Part shown: one piece after another, positions 61,616 to 64,000 of the stretch
Numbering within the stretch: position 1 is the stretch's first letter
How the letters are laid out: the number at the start of each line of letters is the position of its first letter
From: Aureliella sp.
GTDB taxonomy: Bacteria; Planctomycetota; Planctomycetia; Pirellulales; Pirellulaceae
Length of the DNA: 64,000 bases
NCBI GenBank assembly: GCA_963691875.1
Contig: OY829846.1
Location: 768,001-832,000, forward strand
Direction of reading: 5' to 3'
The notes under the pieces: model-generated
Seen by the model: only the letters and a program-made list of their open reading frames with translations
Told to the model about the DNA's origin: nothing
The model's database searches: none
Position numbers and translations under genes: made by a program

Positions 61616-64000
61616 ATGACTGAACAACGACAAATCGAGTTTGACGTAGAAGCCGTTTTGTTGTCAGGTCTGTGCGTCTTTCTTTGGCTCAGCCTGATGA
61701 GCTTTGATGCAGCGGATTCGGTCAGCCCCGTTCCGACGCCTCTGAACTATTTGGTACACATCGATACACAAATCTATCCGGCCAATGAAGAGATTCAAAA
61801 TGCCTGCGGATGGTTTGGTGCCTTCACTGCCATGACTCTCCTGCAAGCCGTTGGTGCCGGCGCTTATCTGATCGTGACTGGGCTCACAGTGCTTGCGATA
61901 TGGATGTTTCGAGTCCAAAGCAACTATGTAAGAGCTTCGAGACAATTTGGCTGGCTCCTGATCACTGTAGCCCTCACCACCTTTGTCGCTCTCAATCGTC
62001 TGCCGCTTCCCAACTCGCCGACGATCGGCCCTGGAGGATACCTTGGGGCGCTAACCGCCACGTGGCTCAATGAGCACTTTGCTTTTCTCGGAAGCCTCAT
62101 CTTAACTTCAGCGGTTCTGTTCGCAGGCCTGTTGCTCAGCACGGACTATGTCGTCGTGCGAGCCCTCGGATGGCTGATTTGGGGAAGTGCTTCTGTTGCA
62201 ACAACCGCTGCTGCTGCAGCCAAAAAACGAGTCGTCATTCCTGGACCAGCAGGCAAACTCACGACGGATGTCGATAAAGGCGTACAGCTGGAAGAAGACG
62301 AACTCTCGATTCGTATCCGTGGACAAAAGTTGGGAGACGAAGAAGAAGCGACTTTCATCCCTGAAAAGTCGAGCGGCTTGGTCGGAGTTCTGGGCAAGGT
62401 GAAAAACACAATACTGCGACCCAACAAAAGCGATGACGAGGAACAAGCTTCCAACGAAGAGCTCGAAGAAGATTTCAGTCACGAAGAGTACTTGGAGCCG
62501 CAGGCCGATTCGGAGCAGAACGAATGCTACGAAGAAGAAGAGCTCGAAGAAGCGGAGGCCGAACACCGTGAATTGGAAAGTGAAGGCGAGACGCTACAGT
62601 TGCGTTCAGACCCCGCACATCTCGAGCAACCGGCCGAACCGCTCAAAGTAAAACGTCGGCAAAAGCCAAGTGCGCCACCGCAGGAAGACCCTTTAGCGCA
62701 CCTCGACGATACGGTTCTACCTCCAGGTTCAGAAGAATACGTACTTCCGGGCGTCGACATGCTGCTCGAAAGCGACGATATCGACTTCGAACATCAAGCG
62801 AACGAAGTACGCCGCAAGGCAAAGATTCTTGAGAAGACCTTCAAGGATTTCGGATTCAACGTTCGAGTTGTCGAGATCGAAACTGGTCCAGTTATCGCGC
62901 AGTACGAAGTCGAATTGGAAGCCGGACTGCGACTTTCAAAGATCACCGGGCTGGCCGACGACTTGGCAATCGCACTTCGTGTTCCTAGCGTTCGTATCGT
63001 CGCTCCAATTCCTGGAAAGAACACGGTCGGCATCGAAGTACCGAATGAAGCACGACAGGTTGTGCGGCTACGTGAAGTCATCGAGGAGCAAGGTTCGAAG
63101 GGTAAGAAGTTCAAGATCCCTCTCTTCCTTGGCAAAGACGTTTCCGGCAACCCGCTCACCGCAGACTTGGCCGCCCTGCCCCACTTGCTGATTGCTGGAC
63201 GGACGGGTACCGGTAAGTCTGTATGCTTGAACTCGATCATCGCTTCGATTCTGATGACGCGGCGGCCTGACGAAGTTAGAATGTTAATGATCGACCCCAA
63301 GATGGTCGAACTTAGTGGCTACGGACGCCTGCCCCACTTGATGCACCCTGTTGTAACAGACATGCGCAAGGCCGAAGCGATTCTTGCCTGGGCGGTGGAC
63401 AAGATGGAAGAACGCTACACCTTGCTGGCAAGAGCAGGGGTACGGCACATCACTAGCTACAACGAACTGGGCCGCGAAGAATTGATCGACCGATTGCGAC
63501 CTGAGACCGACGAAGAAGCCGAGAACATTCCAGATCACCTGCCCTTCATCGTCATTGTGGCTGACGAGATGGCGGACTTGATGATGACGGCTGGCAAAGA
63601 AGTGGAAGCCCACATCATTCGCCTTGCACAGAAAAGTCGTGCGGTTGGAATTCACTTAATCCTGGCAACGCAAAAGCCAACGGTGGATGTCATCACAGGT
63701 TTGATCAAGAGTAACCTACCAGCTCGAATCTCCTTCCAGGTCGCCAGCCGCACCGACAGCCGCGTCGTCCTGGATGAAATGGGTGCTGACAAGCTGCTTG
63801 GCAACGGCGATATGCTGTTCCTGTGGCCTGGTACCAGTATGTTGCTACGCGGCCAAGGCACTTACATGAGCGACGAGGAGATTAACGCGGTCGTTGATCA
63901 CTGCAGCACGGGAGAACAAAATTTCGTAAACGAACTCGTCAACTTGAAGGTGAAAGACGAGGATGGCGAGGAAGTGCCCCCTGGTATCCTCAAAAAACGT
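61616..64000 (+). CDS. ftsK: DNA translocase FtsK/SpoIIIE (3' truncated; missing from the ORF track)
   Basis: 4TM N-terminus, acidic linker, 'ETGPVIAQYE', 'APIPGKNTVGIEVPN', Walker A 'PHLLIAGRTGTGKS', 'IDPKMVEL', 'DEMADL', 'LATQKP' and 'GADKLLGNGDML', all in frame with the ATG at 61616. Confidence 0.95.
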   Translation, partial: MTEQRQIEFDVEAVLLSGLCVFLWLSLMSFDAADSVSPVPTPLNYLVHIDTQIYPANEEIQNACGWFGAFTAMTLLQAVGAGAYLIVTGLTVLAIWMFRVQSNYVRASRQFGWLLITVALTTFVALNRLPLPNSPTIGPGGYLGALTATWLNEHFAFLGSLILTSAVLFAGLLLSTDYVVVRALGWLIWGSASVATTAAAAAKKRVVIPGPAGKLTTDVDKGVQLEEDELSIRIRGQKLGDEEEATFIPEKSSGLVGVLGKVKNTILRPNKSDDEEQASNEELEEDFSHEEYLEPQADSEQNECYEEEELEEAEAEHRELESEGETLQLRSDPAHLEQPAEPLKVKRRQKPSAPPQEDPLAHLDDTVLPPGSEEYVLPGVDMLLESDDIDFEHQANEVRRKAKILEKTFKDFGFNVRVVEIETGPVIAQYEVELEAGLRLSKITGLADDLAIALRVPSVRIVAPIPGKNTVGIEVPNEARQVVRLREVIEEQGSKGKKFKIPLFLGKDVSGNPLTADLAALPHLLIAGRTGTGKSVCLNSIIASILMTRRPDEVRMLMIDPKMVELSGYGRLPHLMHPVVTDMRKAEAILAWAVDKMEERYTLLARAGVRHITSYNELGREELIDRLRPETDEEAENIPDHLPFIVIVADEMADLMMTAGKEVEAHIIRLAQKSRAVGIHLILATQKPTVDVITGLIKSNLPARISFQVASRTDSRVVLDEMGADKLLGNGDMLFLWPGTSMLLRGQGTYMSDEEINAVVDHCSTGEQNFVNELVNLKVKDEDGEEVPPGILKKR

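Overview
A 64 kb chromosomal window from a planctomycete, most likely Pirellulaceae. The evidence is DUF1501, PSD1/DUF1549-DUF1553 and DUF1559 genes, PVC-type heme-binding proteins, an ECF sigma factor paired with a Ser/Thr kinase, and a sulfatase. In order, it holds the end of a Bat-type operon, a sulfatase, two large cytochrome-c/beta-propeller proteins, an HDAC-family gene, PPi-dependent PEP carboxykinase, tRNA-Leu(CAA)-rpsL-rpsG-fusA with no tuf, a FabZ-like gene, a 6S-RNA-like element upstream of rny-ymdB, an ECF/STK locus, fabF, lepB, a lipoate ligase and a truncated ftsK. Several decayed remnants are also present (IS256, DUF2459, DUF1585/DUF1552). The best hidden signal is at 56061-58042. 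An fwdD gene, a coupled 66-aa ORF and a formylmethanofuran dehydrogenase subunit B gene lie together. The ORF track splits subunit B in two, but it is one reading frame with an in-frame TGA exactly at the Mo/W-ligand Cys position (HTSL-U-HGP), followed by a SECIS-like stem-loop. This points to a probable selenoprotein FwdB with intact catalytic motifs and no fwdA/fwdC/ftr neighbours. All assignments come from motif recognition by eye; no searches were run.
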